Positions 24,656-38,185 are shown, numbered from the whole stretch's first letter. The stretch: DNA of 61,989 nucleotides, filler included, from Sphacelaria rigidula (GCA_964200075.2; 7 parts of 7 records of this genome joined end to end with filler, not necessarily neighbours in it), one strand, 5' to 3'. Made by a program: numbers and translations. The notes: generated from the sequence alone by a model not told the origin.

Positions 24656-26199
24656 CTAGGGTAGTACTCGAAGTTTGAGTAGAGCATTTGAGGTCGTACT
24701 CAACCTACTCAATAGTTCGAGTGATTATGTGAGATTATACTCTGTCTACTCGAAATTTGAGTATCGAGGTAATGGTCAAGTGATATTCTATACTCAAGTA
24801 TTACTGAGACTGAGATTGCTTACTCAATATTCGAGTGGAGTATTTGAGGTCGTACTCAACCTACTCAAAACTGGACTGGAGTAGAGTATTTGAGGCCATA
24901 CTGAACGTACTCAAAATTTGAGTGAAGTATTGGGGTCGTACTTGAGTGATACTTTACACTCAAGTATTACTGAGAATGCTTCCTCAATATTCGAGTAGAG
25001 TATTGGAGGCCGTACTCGACCTACTCAAATATTGAGCTGAGTATTTTAGGCCGTACTCAACGTGCTCGAAATTTGAGCAGAGCATATGAGGCCATACTCA
25101 ACGTACTCAAAATTTGAGTAGAGTATTGCGGTCGTACTCAAGTGATACTCTATATTCGAGTATTACTGAGAGTGCTTACTCAATATTTGAGTTGAGTATT
25201 TGAGGTCGTACTCGGCCTACTCGAAATTTGAGTAGAGTATTGGAAACCATACTTGGCCTACTCAAAATTTGAGTAGAATATTGGAGGCCGTACTCGACCT
25301 ACTCAAAATTAGGGATCCGATGTACTGAAAACCTATAACGTCAACTTCAATAATCAAGTTACGCAAAATACTCAAATTTGGGCAGAGAAAATACCGAGGT
25401 ATTATTAGAGTTGCCCACCCATGATGAGAGTTGATTCAAGGTCAAACTTCAGCAAACATTCCGATCAGAACCAAATCGTGCAAAACTAGGGTAGAATGAA
25501 TGTTGGGGTATTGTCGAAGGGCCCGCCACGCCTTTTAATTTCTTTTCATGGCCATCATTCGCTCATACTGCTTGTTGGCTGTGATCCAACGCCGTCCATC
25601 TAATTGATGGCCATCGTTCGCCCATGTATTCAACATAGTCTGAAGTGACGTCACGAAGTCGCCGACTGTCAGGAATACTCACCATACCCAAAGAGTACTC
25701 TATACTCGAGAATTATTGAGAGTGCTTACTCGAAATTTCAGTAGAGTATTTGCGGTCGTACTCAAACTACTCAAGATTTGAGTAGAGTATTTGAGATCAT
25801 ACTCAACCTACTCAAAATTTGAGTAGAGTGTTGAGGTCATACTCAAGTGATATTCTATACTCGAGTATTATTGAGAGTGCTTACTCAAAATTTGAGTAGA
25901 GCATTTGAGATCATACTCGGCCTACTCAAAACTTGAGTAGAGTATGTGAGGCCGTACTCGACCTACTCAATCTTTGAGTATAGTATTGAGCTCATACTCA
26001 GGCGATGCTCTACACTCAAGTATCACTGAGAATGCTTACTTTATGTTTGAGTAGAGTATTTGAGGCCGTACTCGACCTACTCAAAACTTGAGCAGAGTGT
26101 GTGAGGCCGTACTTCGCCTACTCGAACGTCAAGTAGAGTAAATACTCGAGTATTTTACTCGAGCACTCAGAAGTACAGACTCTACTCGACCTACCCTTG
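24656..26199. mobile_element. Non-autonomous hAT-like element with 41-bp GAGTA/TACTC tandem arrays
   Basis: Perfect 8-bp TSD AAGTACTT (24648-24655 and 26200-26207). Termini CTAGGGTAG...CTACCCTTG match the 18710 MITE. Arrays at ~24670-25310 and ~25680-26190 surround a unique core. Confidence 0.88.
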
Positions 26200-27046
26200 A
26201 AGTACTTCGAAGGTGAGGCGACCGCCATCGCCGAGCAGTTGGTGCAACACCACATACGTTGCACAGCTTTGTGCCACCCCGGGAGAAAACACATTCTGAC
26301 ATCCCCTCCTCTGCTATGCCTGCGGGAGAGGGTACATTCCTGTACTGCTCGCGACACAGCACCAGTGGATGCGTACTGCCCAGAGTTCGCAGTACCATTC
26401 GCCCGAATGACACGGCGCCGATAAGCGCGGTACGTGCTACAACGGCGTTCCCGACGGTAGTCACAACTTGTATACCCCCGAGCACGCATGGGTGGGACAT
26501 ACCGCGCTTATNNNNNNNNNNNNNNNNNNNNNNNNNNNNNNNNNNNNNNNNNNNNTTAATTAATTAANNNNNNNNNNNNNNNNNNNNNNNNNNNNNNNNN
26601 NNNNNNNNNNNGAACACACCACGGCGCTTCGCGCTTGGTGGTTTGAGTGCAAGCCTGGTCCGGCGAAAACCCGGCGTGCTGTGGTGTGACGGCATTGTCG
26701 CTATCCACCTCGTTGTATGCTGCTGTCGTTCTGGACCTGTTGCTATTGCTGATACACTGGCTGACCGTTTTTGTTACAAGTTTATCAGGACGAGGCCGCA
26801 CCCGTCCATGTGAGACTGTCGCAGCACTCTGTGCACATGGGGTTCACAAAATTACTTGCATCCAGCCGGTCACTCGAGCTTTTCACACCCGTATGTGTGC
26901 GTGTGTTTTGCGAAGTAGAGATATCGGAAAAATCAGTCCCTCTCTGTGTGCTTTTGACGACTGAATTGCAAAATCGACGAATATGTCCTTGTTGGAGTAA
27001 TAGCTTTTTGCCATGTTTTTTTTCTTTCTTCGTGTTGCCTGCCCAG

Positions 27047-27185
27047 ATTTTGGCAGATACAAGTCGACATCTCAACCCCACAGTGCTGACGGTGTTTTCC
27101 GCGCCGAATTACTGCGACCGCTACCGGAATAAGGCTGCCATACTGCACATCGAGAAGCAGGGGTATTACACCGTCAATCTCTTGG
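27047..27185 (+). CDS. PPP phosphatase exon (SAPNY loop)
   Basis: LTVFSAPNYCDRYRNKAAILHI; donor G|GTGAGT. Confidence 0.9.
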
Positions 27186-30100
27186 GTGAGTTATGTATCG
27201 CTGCTGCTGCACATGAGGATAGGAAGGCAGACTTTTTATAATGTACTTGTCACGTTCCTCGGGTAAGTCGATGGCTCTTTTTTGGGCTGTCACGCACTGC
27301 TGTTGCCTTTACACAGCATGGCAGGCATGATACACCGTGACGGTAAAGCCGTGAGTCTGGTCAGAGAGTCTTTTTGTTGTCACTGACTGCTGTGCGACGA
27401 CAGCGTCATCAAGAACACATACAATACAAAATAATATATTGCCCGGAATATACAGACCGGTTAAATGCTTTGTGGTACGGTGCAGCTGGGCAGTGATGCT
27501 TCGTGCTGTTCATTTTCTCGAGCGCCATGTATGCGGAGATCGCGTAGTGATTTCTGTGCTCCATCCTCCGACGCTGGCTTTGTTGTGCTGCACGTCGCTC
27601 TATGTCTTCCACCGGCCATGTTGGGAACTCATCTCCCACTCCTCAAGTGTTGTATGTCCGGACCAGCGTTTCAGATAGCTGTTGCGCTGTTGCGGCCCCG
27701 TAACAAGTTGATGAGAAATATCTGGCCGTAGGCCAAAAAGCATATGCAGCATTTTCGCTGTAGGCGGAAATAAATGGGTTCCATCATTTCTCGCTGACGG
27801 CGAGATTTGTTTTGTGGGCCCTTGAGCTGAAAAAGCCTGAGAAACACCCATTCAACCCTTTTGGAACCCATTAACGATTTTTTTCCTGTGAATAAGCATC
27901 ATTTCAGTCATTTTCAAGTGGAAATTATGCCGATACACAAAGCAAAAATCGTCGATGAGTTCCAAAAGGGTTAACAGTGATTCATGGTGAAAATTGTGTA
28001 ATATCCCCGAAAAATCGTCTCCGGGGCCAAATACCGCAACAACGACCTGTGGCCTTTCTAAAACGCTGGTCCTGACAGCTGCTGGCTCAAGTTCGGCAGG
28101 CTCTTGCCCAAATTATCCGTCGATGAGTTACTATCTCGGACTGTCTATCCTGCATTGACGAAGATACATCGTTTCCTCCTTCTTCCTCACAAGTGTCAAT
28201 CCGTCACCGCCGTATCCAACACTTCGTTCGGCGTCGTATACCCGGAGCTTCTTCCCACGACAGGACAAGCGAGGGGTAGTTGTGAGCGGAATTGATCAAG
28301 CAGAGTTCGACTTACTGTCTCGTCGGGGATGGGGGTTGATGAAGTCATTGTGGAGTATGACTTGTGCGAGAAGGTTGTGACCATGGTTTATTCGAACGAT
28401 CGTTGAAATTCACTTGGACGTTCTGTAATTGAAAAAAAACTTGTCGGGTGGCAATTTTACGAGTTTGTTTTTGTTTTTTTGTTAGAACTTTGTCCGCTCC
28501 CCCCCTCCTTCCCGCGCGCTCTCTTTGTAAGCCGCCTGTGGCGCAGTAAGAAGGAGTACAAGAGAGGCTATCGGTGATCGATTTTTTTCATGAAACTGAG
28601 AACGACGCGTTGCCCTCTCGACGACACGCAGCCGACGGCTTCAACAGCTCAGGCACGCAGGATATGAGCACCCTCACCGAAACTATGGTATGGTATATAC
28701 CGAAATAAACATCCGATTACTTTTGAGTCTCAACGCTCCGCTCACCACTTTTACCGCAACTTGTACTCCTCCCGCCACACCCCCTTCTTTCCCCAAACTT
28801 GACGTTCCTCATAGCGGCGGAGCCACATCCTGACCCCGTGTCGGAGACCGATGTGAACGTGATGCAGCTGCTGGCCATGGGCAACACATGTCCGTATATG
28901 CCCACGAGCTTCCGAGAGTTTGTCAAGGCTGCCGTGGACTTAGGAATGGCTGTGGAGCCCGCCGGTAACCAATCGGCTCCCCCAACGCCGACGAACGGAG
29001 AGGGTCGCAGTAGTGCTGCTGTTCTTGGTGGTAGCGCCTCGGGTAAGCGTGTGGAGAAGAACGTGAGGGAGTGGAGGGGCGGGGGGGAAGGGGGGGGGGG
29101 GGGGGGGGGGTAGAGTTCTTCCAATGCGATATGTGTTCCGAGGTATTCATTCAACAAATCAATTGTCGAGGCTCTCAGTGGACATGTGGTGTGGATTTTT
29201 TCAGCATGAAGTCTTTTCAGCTTTTGTTTTCGCGGAGAAACCCTGCTGTCTGTCTTGCACGGCTCATGTGAGATTATGTAACAGTGAAGTTTATGTGAAA
29301 GTGTTGCGCAGCAGCACTGTAGATACCAGTACGATCGTCCAGTTATCGTGCATGATGTTGGTAATGTTTTATCTATTCGTGCCACCTCGTAGCTGCGTCC
29401 CACGTTCTGAAATTCGCTGGTGTAGCTAGTCGTGTTTTTATTTTCTTCTTCCTAGTTTTGAAGTGGACGTGCGTGCTGCATCGAGCAGCTCCCAGGCCTC
29501 CCTGTTGAAACTCATCGCCAAATACTACCGCGACCGAACCCTGCGATGGAACCCTGAAATTATGCAGATAGAACAAAAGCACTGCTTGCGGCTGCCACGC
29601 TTCGTGTTCAGCCCTTTACACGAAGTTTTCTCTCGAGACGAGAACCTCACTCCACGATACCTAGGCTGGACCCCCCCCCCCCATGACCGCCTCCACTAGC
29701 CCTTGACCTCAAAACTACTCTCTGACCGCACCAAAAACGGACAAAGGAATGGCCGGGATCCGCGAACTCGACGATGGTCATGACCATGATCACGACGAGA
29801 GCGACAGCGATGACAGCGGAGACCAAGCAGAGGAAGAGGACCAATTCGGTTTCGAGAATGGGGAGGACCCCGGGAAGCTCGGGGCCCTCCCGAGCTTCGC
29901 ACCAAGGGAGCGGCGAGGGATGGTGTCGAAGATGACATCCGAACCAGTTTTGGGTCGACGAAGTTCGTCGTCATCCATAGGCTCCGCTGACGGGACGCAG
30001 TCGAGCGGAGATAGAGTGGCGTCTGGGGACGTTAGGAACGCAACGCCTTCTTGGGATGGTGACGATCTTAGATCGGGTGTTGGCGAAGCGGAGAGCGGGG

Positions 30101-33100
30101 TCGATGGGGGGGGGAGAGGTGGAGGGAATGGCGGGGGTGCGGCGACTAGTGGGGGTGGAGGAGGCCGGAGACTGTCGTTCATGGAGGACTTGTACAATAC
30201 GGTGAGCATCGTGTGCGCGCGTGGTACTTCATGCAGTCGGTGCTTTGGTACTTGCTGTAGTGAATGCGGCGGGTTGTGAGGGTGGTGGACGAGCGTCGTG
30301 CTAGTATTATGTTGCATGCATGCGCAGGTAAGGTGTTTTGTTGTCGGAAACGGCATGCATGCTCACGCACGGGTGTCCAACAGTGCAAGTGGTTGCATGT
30401 GGGAGGGGGAAATGATACGGCGAGAATCTTGAGACGACGTTTACATGCGAAGGGCGGGCCAACTCGTATATGTAGACATGTTTTTTGTTTGTGAGCACTG
30501 ATCCACAGTCTCATACGGGCTGGGCAAGATTGAAAGCGGCTAAAAGTTGCTCACACCACAGCTTTCACAATTTTTCCCGAATGAACCCGATGTAAGCACA
30601 TCACTGTGAAGTATAGACCAACCTGGTAACGCAAGGCACCGCCGCTTAATGTTTTTTTTTTTCAACAAATGTACTGAATAATGTATGACCTTAACGACGG
30701 ACGAAAAAAAAAGAGAATTTGTCGGGATTCGAACTCATGATCTCCATTATTGGAGTGTCCCATCACTTGATTTATAGGGGTGCAGCAGCGTCACGGAAAC
30801 ATTGGAACGCACGGCTCAATTCGACGACTCTTGAGCAGAAATTTCAGGTAAAACTTTTGCATCCAAAGAACTGATACTTCACGTGAACAGCTGCGGATTC
30901 TCCTTTTTTTCCTGGACTTATGGCATCATCTTGTTATTGCTGAAGTTTCGAATGCGCATAACTTTTTCTTTTCCCCCTTCTTTTCTTTGCTGCTAACATG
31001 ATCTTCCGCGTTTCGATTATAAAAAGCTTCTGTCAAAATTTCAGCGTCCAACTCCTAGTCTCGCGCCGTGCGTCGCCTGAGCGAGATTCACACTACTATT
31101 GGCCGGCCCAGCTCGTACTGCGTACCAGGTGTTCACCTGCCCCTGGCTACGTTGGCGTGTGTTGGTCTGTCTTTGTGGACATGCGGGACACTTGTGTTGT
31201 GTACTGGACCGTACCTACGGGCGAGTTTCGCATGTTTTCTCGACCGAACTGTTCCCGCACACATAGGGAATCATCGTCGTGTGGTTACCGACCCAGCTAT
31301 AATAGTGTCAGGATCGCCTGGTAGCATTTTTTCTGGAGGGCCATAATCTTCACTGCTGTCACCTCCATTCCTACAGGCTCCAGCTGCGCACGATCTCAGC
31401 GTGCAGAATTAAGACTGCGATGTTGCACCCTCTCTAATTGGGTACAAGGTTGTTGTACGAAGAGCCGTGTCGTTCGTCTTCGTGGTACAGTAGAGGGCCG
31501 TACAACCGGCGCCGGAGCGGAAGGCATGTGCAATACATGCGTGACATCGAATCAAATCGCTTTCTAGGATAATCGCATGATTCCATGAAGCCAGTCAAGA
31601 CTGCCCGCGAGAAAAATGAGTCGCGGCCAAAACATGTGCATGTTTCTTGGATTTGTCTGGCAATGTTTGTTCATGTATCGGGACCGTACTCACCGTAGTT
31701 ATCACCAAAGCATGCTGCCAGTTCAATCGTCGATTTGCGGGTTCCCTTGCTATCCCCGTATTCTCATCCTTGCATCGCCCTGCAGATGTCTAGGAGCAGT
31801 ATACGCGGCTTTGGGGGCGGCACACGTGCGTCCAGTCCCAGCATCGGTTTGCTGTCTAGGCAGAATACTTGGAGCGTTGGGTCTCCTGCGGGGCCCACAA
31901 GGTGAGTGTTGCACACGCTAGCAAAGCAGAGGGAATGTGAGGGTGAGACAGGAAGGGGTAGGGCGCGCGTTGATGTGATTGAGGATCGTCTTCTTCGTCT
32001 CTCGGTCGGGCCCGTTTATTTTTGCTGTTTTTGTCGTGACATGGCCGTGCCGGACCCTATTCTGTTCTTTCATGCTCCGTTTTTTTCAAGGGTTGATGCC
32101 GCACGTAGTTGTATACCCATGTCGCTGCATACGGTGGCCCTTGTTTCTCTCCTCTTCGGCCTTGCTTTCCAATGATCATGTATGGAAATGACTGTGAACG
32201 CAATAACAACAGTAGAAAATGGAATGTGTGGGGAGGAATTGTACTGCTCAACGAGAACGTACAGGAGCTGAGCGGTTCACTGGTGGGTACTCTCCGACGT
32301 CATGAATTACACATCTTGGTAGCGTCGTTCGATGTTGGATCTCCAATGTTGAACGCTCACACGGTGCCTGCTCATGTTGAGTGAATGCTTCTATGCAACG
32401 CGCAATGCCGTGCAGATGCTCTGTTCCCGCAGCTGACTGTCGGTACAACTGTTGTCCTGCTCCCGACCCTGAAAACAGCGAGCACTACCGAAAGGCGCAC
32501 GCCCGGGACGGGATCAATGAGATGCACCCCGACGTGTTGAATAGGCGGATAAGTCACCAAGAGTGCGGAGAGATGGAGAATGCGGCGGCGCAAGCTTTGG
32601 CGGCAGAGACGACACAAATTGACAGAAGAGGGGAACAAGTGAGTCGTTGCTTTATTTGTTGAATTGATATTGAAATAATGCTCCACCGTGGTGTGATGAT
32701 GCGGCTGAAGGCATTTAGGCATTCGGGTCGGAAGGTGCGGGTTCGACTCCCGACAGGTGACATTTTTGTGTGTGTGTGTGTATGTGTGTTTTTCCCGAAG
32801 GAAGTATCTGATTCTTGTCGTTGAATATGTGAGAGTATAAAAGAAAAAAAAAAAAGTTGATTTGATGCCAGTCGACGCGGTGCGAGATTGCTGATCCAAT
32901 CCGCGGCACCGAAGTGCAACACGTATACCGGGGGAGAGATGGAGAGATGGGTTGATCCCTTGAAAGCACGGACTCTTCTCGAGGACGGGAAGGAGTTGAA
33001 ATTGCCCCCCCCCCAATCAATGCAAGGGCCGAGCATGAACGCCTGGTGTGTGCAGTATCGCAACTTATCTTCTGAGCATCGTATGAGATATGTGTGCATG

Positions 33101-33487
33101 TTTATATACTGTACAAGCCGCCGCGGTCCGATGGTCCAACTGGTACAAGTTCGGTCGGTTAGGGCCGGAGGCTGGGGCTTCAGGTACAACAAAGGCCGTG
33201 CACAAAAAAGAGAAGGAAATACGAAGGACAAGCACCGATACACACGAAAAACAGATAAAGAAGCTGTGGGAAGAATCTGGTTTGCGTCTTCCAAAGCGCT
33301 AGGTAATTAAGGAGCAGAAGTAACTTTTTTGAACGAGAATCGACACGTTGCCGGGGTGTTGATAGTCATGATCTAATCCACGATACCGAAATGTCAGGCT
33401 TCTACCGAGAACGAGGTGGATTGGTCCCTTGAGAGAGGCTACGGACTCATCGCGAGAGAGGAGGGGACAGGGGGGTCAGAAATATGA
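27047..33487 (+). CDS. Calcineurin-A (PP2B)-like PPP Ser/Thr phosphatase, 3' part
   Basis: In-phase GT-AG exons 27047-27185, 28815-29042, 29747-30201, 31786-31901, 32479-32638 and 33398-33487 (TGA). Motifs TVFSAPNYCDRYRNKAAIL, EPHP, and the autoinhibitory-like YRKAHARDGINEMHP. The 5' catalytic exons are off-contig. Confidence 0.82.
27856..27970. mobile_element. piggyBac-like MITE (intronic)
   Basis: 16-bp TIR CCCTTTTGGAAC(C/T)CAT; TCAA/TTAA flanks. Confidence 0.78.
28815..29042 (+). CDS. Phosphatase exon (post-catalytic, CnB-binding-like position)
   Basis: Acceptor tag; AAEPHPDPV...CPYMPTSFREFVKAAV; donor GTAAGC; phase matches. Confidence 0.8.
29747..30201 (+). CDS. Phosphatase exon (acidic/Ser/Gly-rich)
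   Basis: Upstream CTGAC branch point, aag acceptor, GTGAGC donor; phase matches. Confidence 0.75.
30514..31117. mobile_element. 604-bp TA-ended TIR element (Tc1/mariner-like, non-autonomous)
   Basis: Ends TACGGGCTGGGC...GCCCAGCTCGTA; homologous inverted copy at 38186-38789. Confidence 0.72.
31786..31901 (+). CDS. Phosphatase exon
   Basis: Acceptor ctgcag; MSRSSIRGF...GPT; donor GTGAGT, phase 2. Confidence 0.72.
32479..32638 (+). CDS. Phosphatase exon with autoinhibitory-like motif
   Basis: EHYRKAHARDGINEMHP resembles the calcineurin AID FEEAKGLDRINERMP; donor GTGAGT. Confidence 0.8.
32683..33012 (+). mobile_element. tRNA-derived SINE, family 1 (diverged)
   Basis: B-box GGTTCGACTCC at ~32740; body GACGCGGTGCG...GTATACCGGGGGAGAG. 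Confidence 0.72.
33398..33487 (+). CDS. Probable terminal exon
   Basis: CTAAT branch point; acceptor tcag; ASTENEVDW...SEI then stop. Confidence 0.55.
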   Translation, partial: ASTENEVDWSLERGYGLIAREEGTGGSEI

Positions 33488-36459
33488 CCCCAACACACAC
33501 GAGTGTTCAGCCGTAAATTGTGGCGTTCGCTCTGTTAGTGTTGTCATTGTGGCACATTCTTGAGGTTGATTTCACCATGGAGTCACCGAGTGATGTCGTT
33601 GTTGCACTTTCGTCAGACATGTTCTGGGATTGGATCCCTGTGCGCTGGAGTGGAGTTGGTTAGTGTGCCTGTTTGTGTCATTGCTTGGTTGGGCAGGCAC
33701 CCTGCCCACTACCCTTCGGTTCGTAGCATTGTCGGCCTGATCAAGCCTCATTGACGACACATGCACTGGGGTCTATCCCTGTAGAGTCAGTTAAGTCATC
33801 ACGTGTGTGGGATTTTGTGCGTGCCAGGCTATGTATTGAACAGACAGGTAACGAATCACCTCGGCTGTGAAGGTAGCTTGATATGCCAATCCAGCGTCGT
33901 ATTTGCAGCCAAGCTCACTGTAACACGGTAGGTATGCCCCCACCTGTTGTGTCGCTGTCCTGGGTAACAGCTCGCGAATCAAAACTATCCCCCCCCCCCG
34001 TCCCCTTTTTATTCTGTTTGCTATGGATGTACTCTGTAAAGCAGTGAAAAACATGGGTACAGAGCAGCAAATCACCCACCCCCCACCCCTTCGCCATTTC
34101 AATAATAAAGGTGTAATTGTGTGTTGTGAGAGTTCAGCCCCAAGTTTTGAGGATTGAGATGCTCGTGAAGTCTCAGGCGCAGGCTGTTGGTGGTGTCACG
34201 TTGATGTTATGCAATATCTACTGTTAGGGGAGAGAATTAGGGCCATAACGACCAAAAAGCCATGCGGAAAAAAAAACGCCGAGGAATAATGACACACGCT
34301 TCGTCCCTAGGTAACTTGCTTATGGTAACGACAGTGCAGCACTTTCATCGCGTTTTTCTCGACACGGGAAGCAAGCCGGCCCGTGGCACTTTACAGTACT
34401 CCGCACACATAGAATGGCCAGGGGATTGTCCGTTAAAATTGCTTAGATCGCCACAGCGGACCCCCAAAAAGCTCGCCAAAACAGCAAGAAAACAGCCTTC
34501 TTGATAACTTCTGGCTTGGTGTGGTTCCCTAGTTTTTGAATACTTTTAGCTTGGTATAATATATTCCGCAGTTCAATCCTCTGCTTGGTTGCGGAGATAT
34601 CCGCGGTGAAAGATCGGCACTTTTGGTTCGGGGACAAGCAGCATCTTAGCGGTACTATTATAGCAGTATGCCAGGGAAACGTTTCTCGCTGCTACTGTGG
34701 TGTGTGGCGGCCACTTCTTTTACTGCTGCTCGTAGTGTTGTCTCCTGATGCTTACAAGGGCGATCAGGCCGAAGCTCATAAGAGCATGGCGGCGCGTGTG
34801 CTGCGCCAAGTTGATACGGGGTTTTAGTGGGAGCATTCCCCACACTGCGTTGGGCAAAGCTTGCGAACGGTCGAGGCGCCTTTTTCACATGACTGACTGT
34901 ATGCCGCGAGGCAGTCTAGCCGAACCTTCGGGTCATCGGCACACAAAATCGCTTGCGAGGTCATTGTTGAGTTGGGTTTCCTTCTGTCGTCCAGGAAAAT
35001 AGAAGGGGCGGTGAACGTGGTGTAGTAACTCGCGGGCGTGTGCTTCTCGAGTGCTACAGCAACTTACAGCAGCAGTATACTAGTGCAACAACGGGGGCTC
35101 GTCAACAGCAGGAGCAGCAGCTTCCATCGTCCTGTTGTGCCCCTGTGTGCAGATGTACAGCAGCACCAGTCACAGGGTTGTCGTAGAAATGTTCCATTAT
35201 TAGAGCTCGGAAATGGTTTGTCTACCCGTTAACCAGTTGAATGGTCACGCGTAGCGCACTCATTAACCAGTTAAGTGGTACTTAATGGTTTCGGTCACCG
35301 AGCGGTGCAGCCGCGAGCCAAAATGCTCCCCCCGGCAGAGGGTGTACTCATGATCATATATGCCACAGTCCAGAGGGGGGGNNNNNNNNNNNNNNNNNNN
35401 NNNNNNNNNNNNNNNNNNNNNNNNNTTAATTAATTAANNNNNNNNNNNNNNNNNNNNNNNNNNNNNNNNNNNNNNNNNNNNGGTCCGCCCCTACAAAGCC
35501 GGGACGGAGCACGCCGGGTTCTCGCCGGACCAGGCTAAGGAAGGGGGGGGGGGTGGACGCACAGCCTGCTGCTCCCTAGCTTATTGCCCAGTCGTTGGCG
35601 GATGCGGTCAGCTACCGTCTACTGAGATCCTTGGCATGGAGGCCGCTGAGATGACAGACACATCGCCCCTCCAAGCTCATTATCTACCATGATTGCATTT
35701 ACGGGATCATGTTCCGTGTCGTGTGCCTCGACTGCGTACCACTAGTGCGGGCAAATTTGGCGAGGCGTGAGATAATTTTGCTACTTTGGCTACAGGCTGT
35801 AGCTGCCGTGCGCCCGTGTACTGTACACAGATGTGTATGAGCGATGCCGGCATCCGAGGTCACCGGGACAGGGTGGGCAAGGAGCAGAAGTAAATATACG
35901 AACCTCGCAACGCCCGCCAGGCTTTTCGTATTTTGTAAGCGTTTGTTGATCAATTTCTTTCAACAATATACTAAAAAAATATGATGACAATGAAAAAAAT
36001 TGCCCTCCGGGAGGGGGGGGGGGCGCTCCGTGTCCGAATTTTTTCTCTCGACAGACCCTTGGGTCGGCCGCTTGTCGGTCGAGGCTGGCAGCAACACCGG
36101 AAAGAACTACCAGTCAAGGTCGGCCATATGTAGGAGGCAGATGCCCTTTGTTTTTTTTATACACGTGTCGAGCAAGACGCGGCCGCACAGCGCAGCCAGT
36201 CAGAAGAGAGTCTTCTGCAAAGCACCTCTGCGGACCTGTTCGGGGAGGGGGCAACGCCTCCTTCCAAACAGTGCCAGACTTAGCGTGACCGTTACCATGA
36301 CGGTCTGAAAAGGACAGGGGCGGTTGCTGCAGTATTCAACGGAGAATTCTGACGGCGCACGCTTCCACGTGAGTATCTCGAGCTTTCTCTGACAGGCGCG
36401 TGATCGCCCTCTTGCGGTTTTTTTTTTATTTCGCTTGGTTCCAGAAGAGGACAGAGTGT

Positions 36460-36836
36460 GTGTTGTGTGTTGCCATCCTACCTATTCTGGACGCCAATCT
36501 ATACCTTTTGGTGTATGTGGGCGCATCAGCCGGGATCACACAGGAGGAAAAAAAGCCAACACAGCGGTTTTTTTGTTCTTCTTTTGCTTCAATATTTCGC
36601 CTTCCTTCTGCGGTGCTTGCCTCTATTTGTTATCGCGAGAGGGTTCGGCAGCTCCTTTCCCTTGCCGACCGTTAAGTGAAATATTGAACGTTGTTCACCC
36701 ACGACGTATTCCCTCTCCACTGTTGGTCATGGTGTGAGAAACAATCCCAGACGTGTGACTCCACCGAGATTCGAACCCACGACCCAACCGTTAGAAAGGT
36801 TCAAGGTAACCAAATGAGCCACCGCGGTGACCGGCA
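36460..36836 (-). mobile_element. tRNA-derived SINE, family 2
   Basis: Minus-strand head GTCACCGCGGTGGCTCATTTGG...GGGTTCGAATCTCGG (A and B boxes) followed by a non-tRNA body. Confidence 0.65.
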
Positions 36837-37842
36837 CAGAGTGCAAGTTGTAATTTTGAAAAAAAAAACACGGATGGATCACGGGTATTACTAGCCCTGT
36901 CAAGGAGTGGTTCGCATCGCAGTCAGTGCTACAATACTCGTTGTACTGCCACTTGAAACACACTGTGGATACTTCGGATATTACCGTGGCAGTCATGGGC
37001 ATTTTTTCCCGTCCGGTTGCCAGGTGCGACGGCGCAGGTCTGTAGCGCCAGGTATCCGTGCTGAAGTGGATATCTTTCTTGCAAGGACGCTCGCCCCTCC
37101 ATAAGTTTCAGCATATTTCAGGCCTTGGAATATGACTGTACAGTGTGTCCAATTGACGCTGCGGATGATGAATTATAACCACTGTAAAATGCCTCCATAA
37201 TATTGAAAGGAACAACACTGCGTTGTTTGATTTTTTTTTTCACAACCTGCTGTACGCAGAGAGTGCGGACAATCCTCCTGTGCTGTCCGTACTGCACGTT
37301 GCTCCTTTTTTTTTACACCCTACTACACAAGACACACAATATGCAGACAGTACAGAGAACACTGTATAGTATGTAGTCTGTACTAAATTCAAGCGAACAA
37401 GTAGCGCTTCACATTAATTCCGCCGTCTTTTTTCGATCCAAAGCATGCAAATTCGCTCGGATCAATCCCGACGCACTTTTTCGTTCGATCGGAAAAAACG
37501 GTGAAAATCGTGAAGCGATGCTTGTTCGCTTGTCTAGAGTACGAGTACAGACAGTCTGTCCTGTCTGCACTGTTTGCATGCAGTGTTTCTGAGTGTGTGT
37601 GCGCGTGCTTCGTACAGTAGGATGTGAAATACAACGTCAGTTCAGAGAGTGCAGGACTATCTGTCTTCTCTGCTTACAATACGACGTGAAAAGGACTTAG
37701 GCAACGTGCAGCTTTGTACTGTCTGCGCTGTCCATGAGTATGTACGCAGGTCGGTCGTCCACCCTATCACGCAGTTCCGTCGCTGATCCCTACCATGAAA
37801 GAACATGCTCGAGTTTCCGCCAACAAAAACATACAAAGCATC

Positions 37843-37910
37843 CAAGGGCAGCTCGAGTAGAGTATGTACTTTTGAATACTCGGGTAACATACTCGAGTAT
37901 TTACTCCAAC
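37843..37910. repeat. Terminal fragment of the CAAGGG hAT-like family
   Basis: CAAGGGCAGCTCGAGTAGAGTA... matches the 18710 and 26199 termini. Confidence 0.7.
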
Positions 37911-38185
37911 ACATTTTTGGTATTGTGAGTTTACACGACAGATGCTTACACCATTATACATATATATATATATATATATATACAATTTGACTGTACAATT
38001 GAGGCCTGTACTCTACAGTCGCAGAGGACTATGGGGCATCAGTTGAGACGGAGGATGCTTCGAAGGTGTCCACGAAACTTGTTTGCGTCACTGACGCGTG
38101 AAGCAGCGGTGCACAGCATCATGCTTCGTCTTCCGTGCTTCGGTCGACGTGTACAGCATAGGTTTGGCGTTCTGCGGTAGTACCG

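Noticed and set aside
24670-26190. CRISPR or centromeric satellite
   Set aside because: There are no unique spacers, and it is bounded by TIRs and an 8-bp TSD, so it is treated as a transposon-internal array.
36050-37050. Small AG/GT-bounded plus-strand segments as further phosphatase exons
   Set aside because: They lie on a different contig, and a plausible stop exon already exists at 33398-33487.
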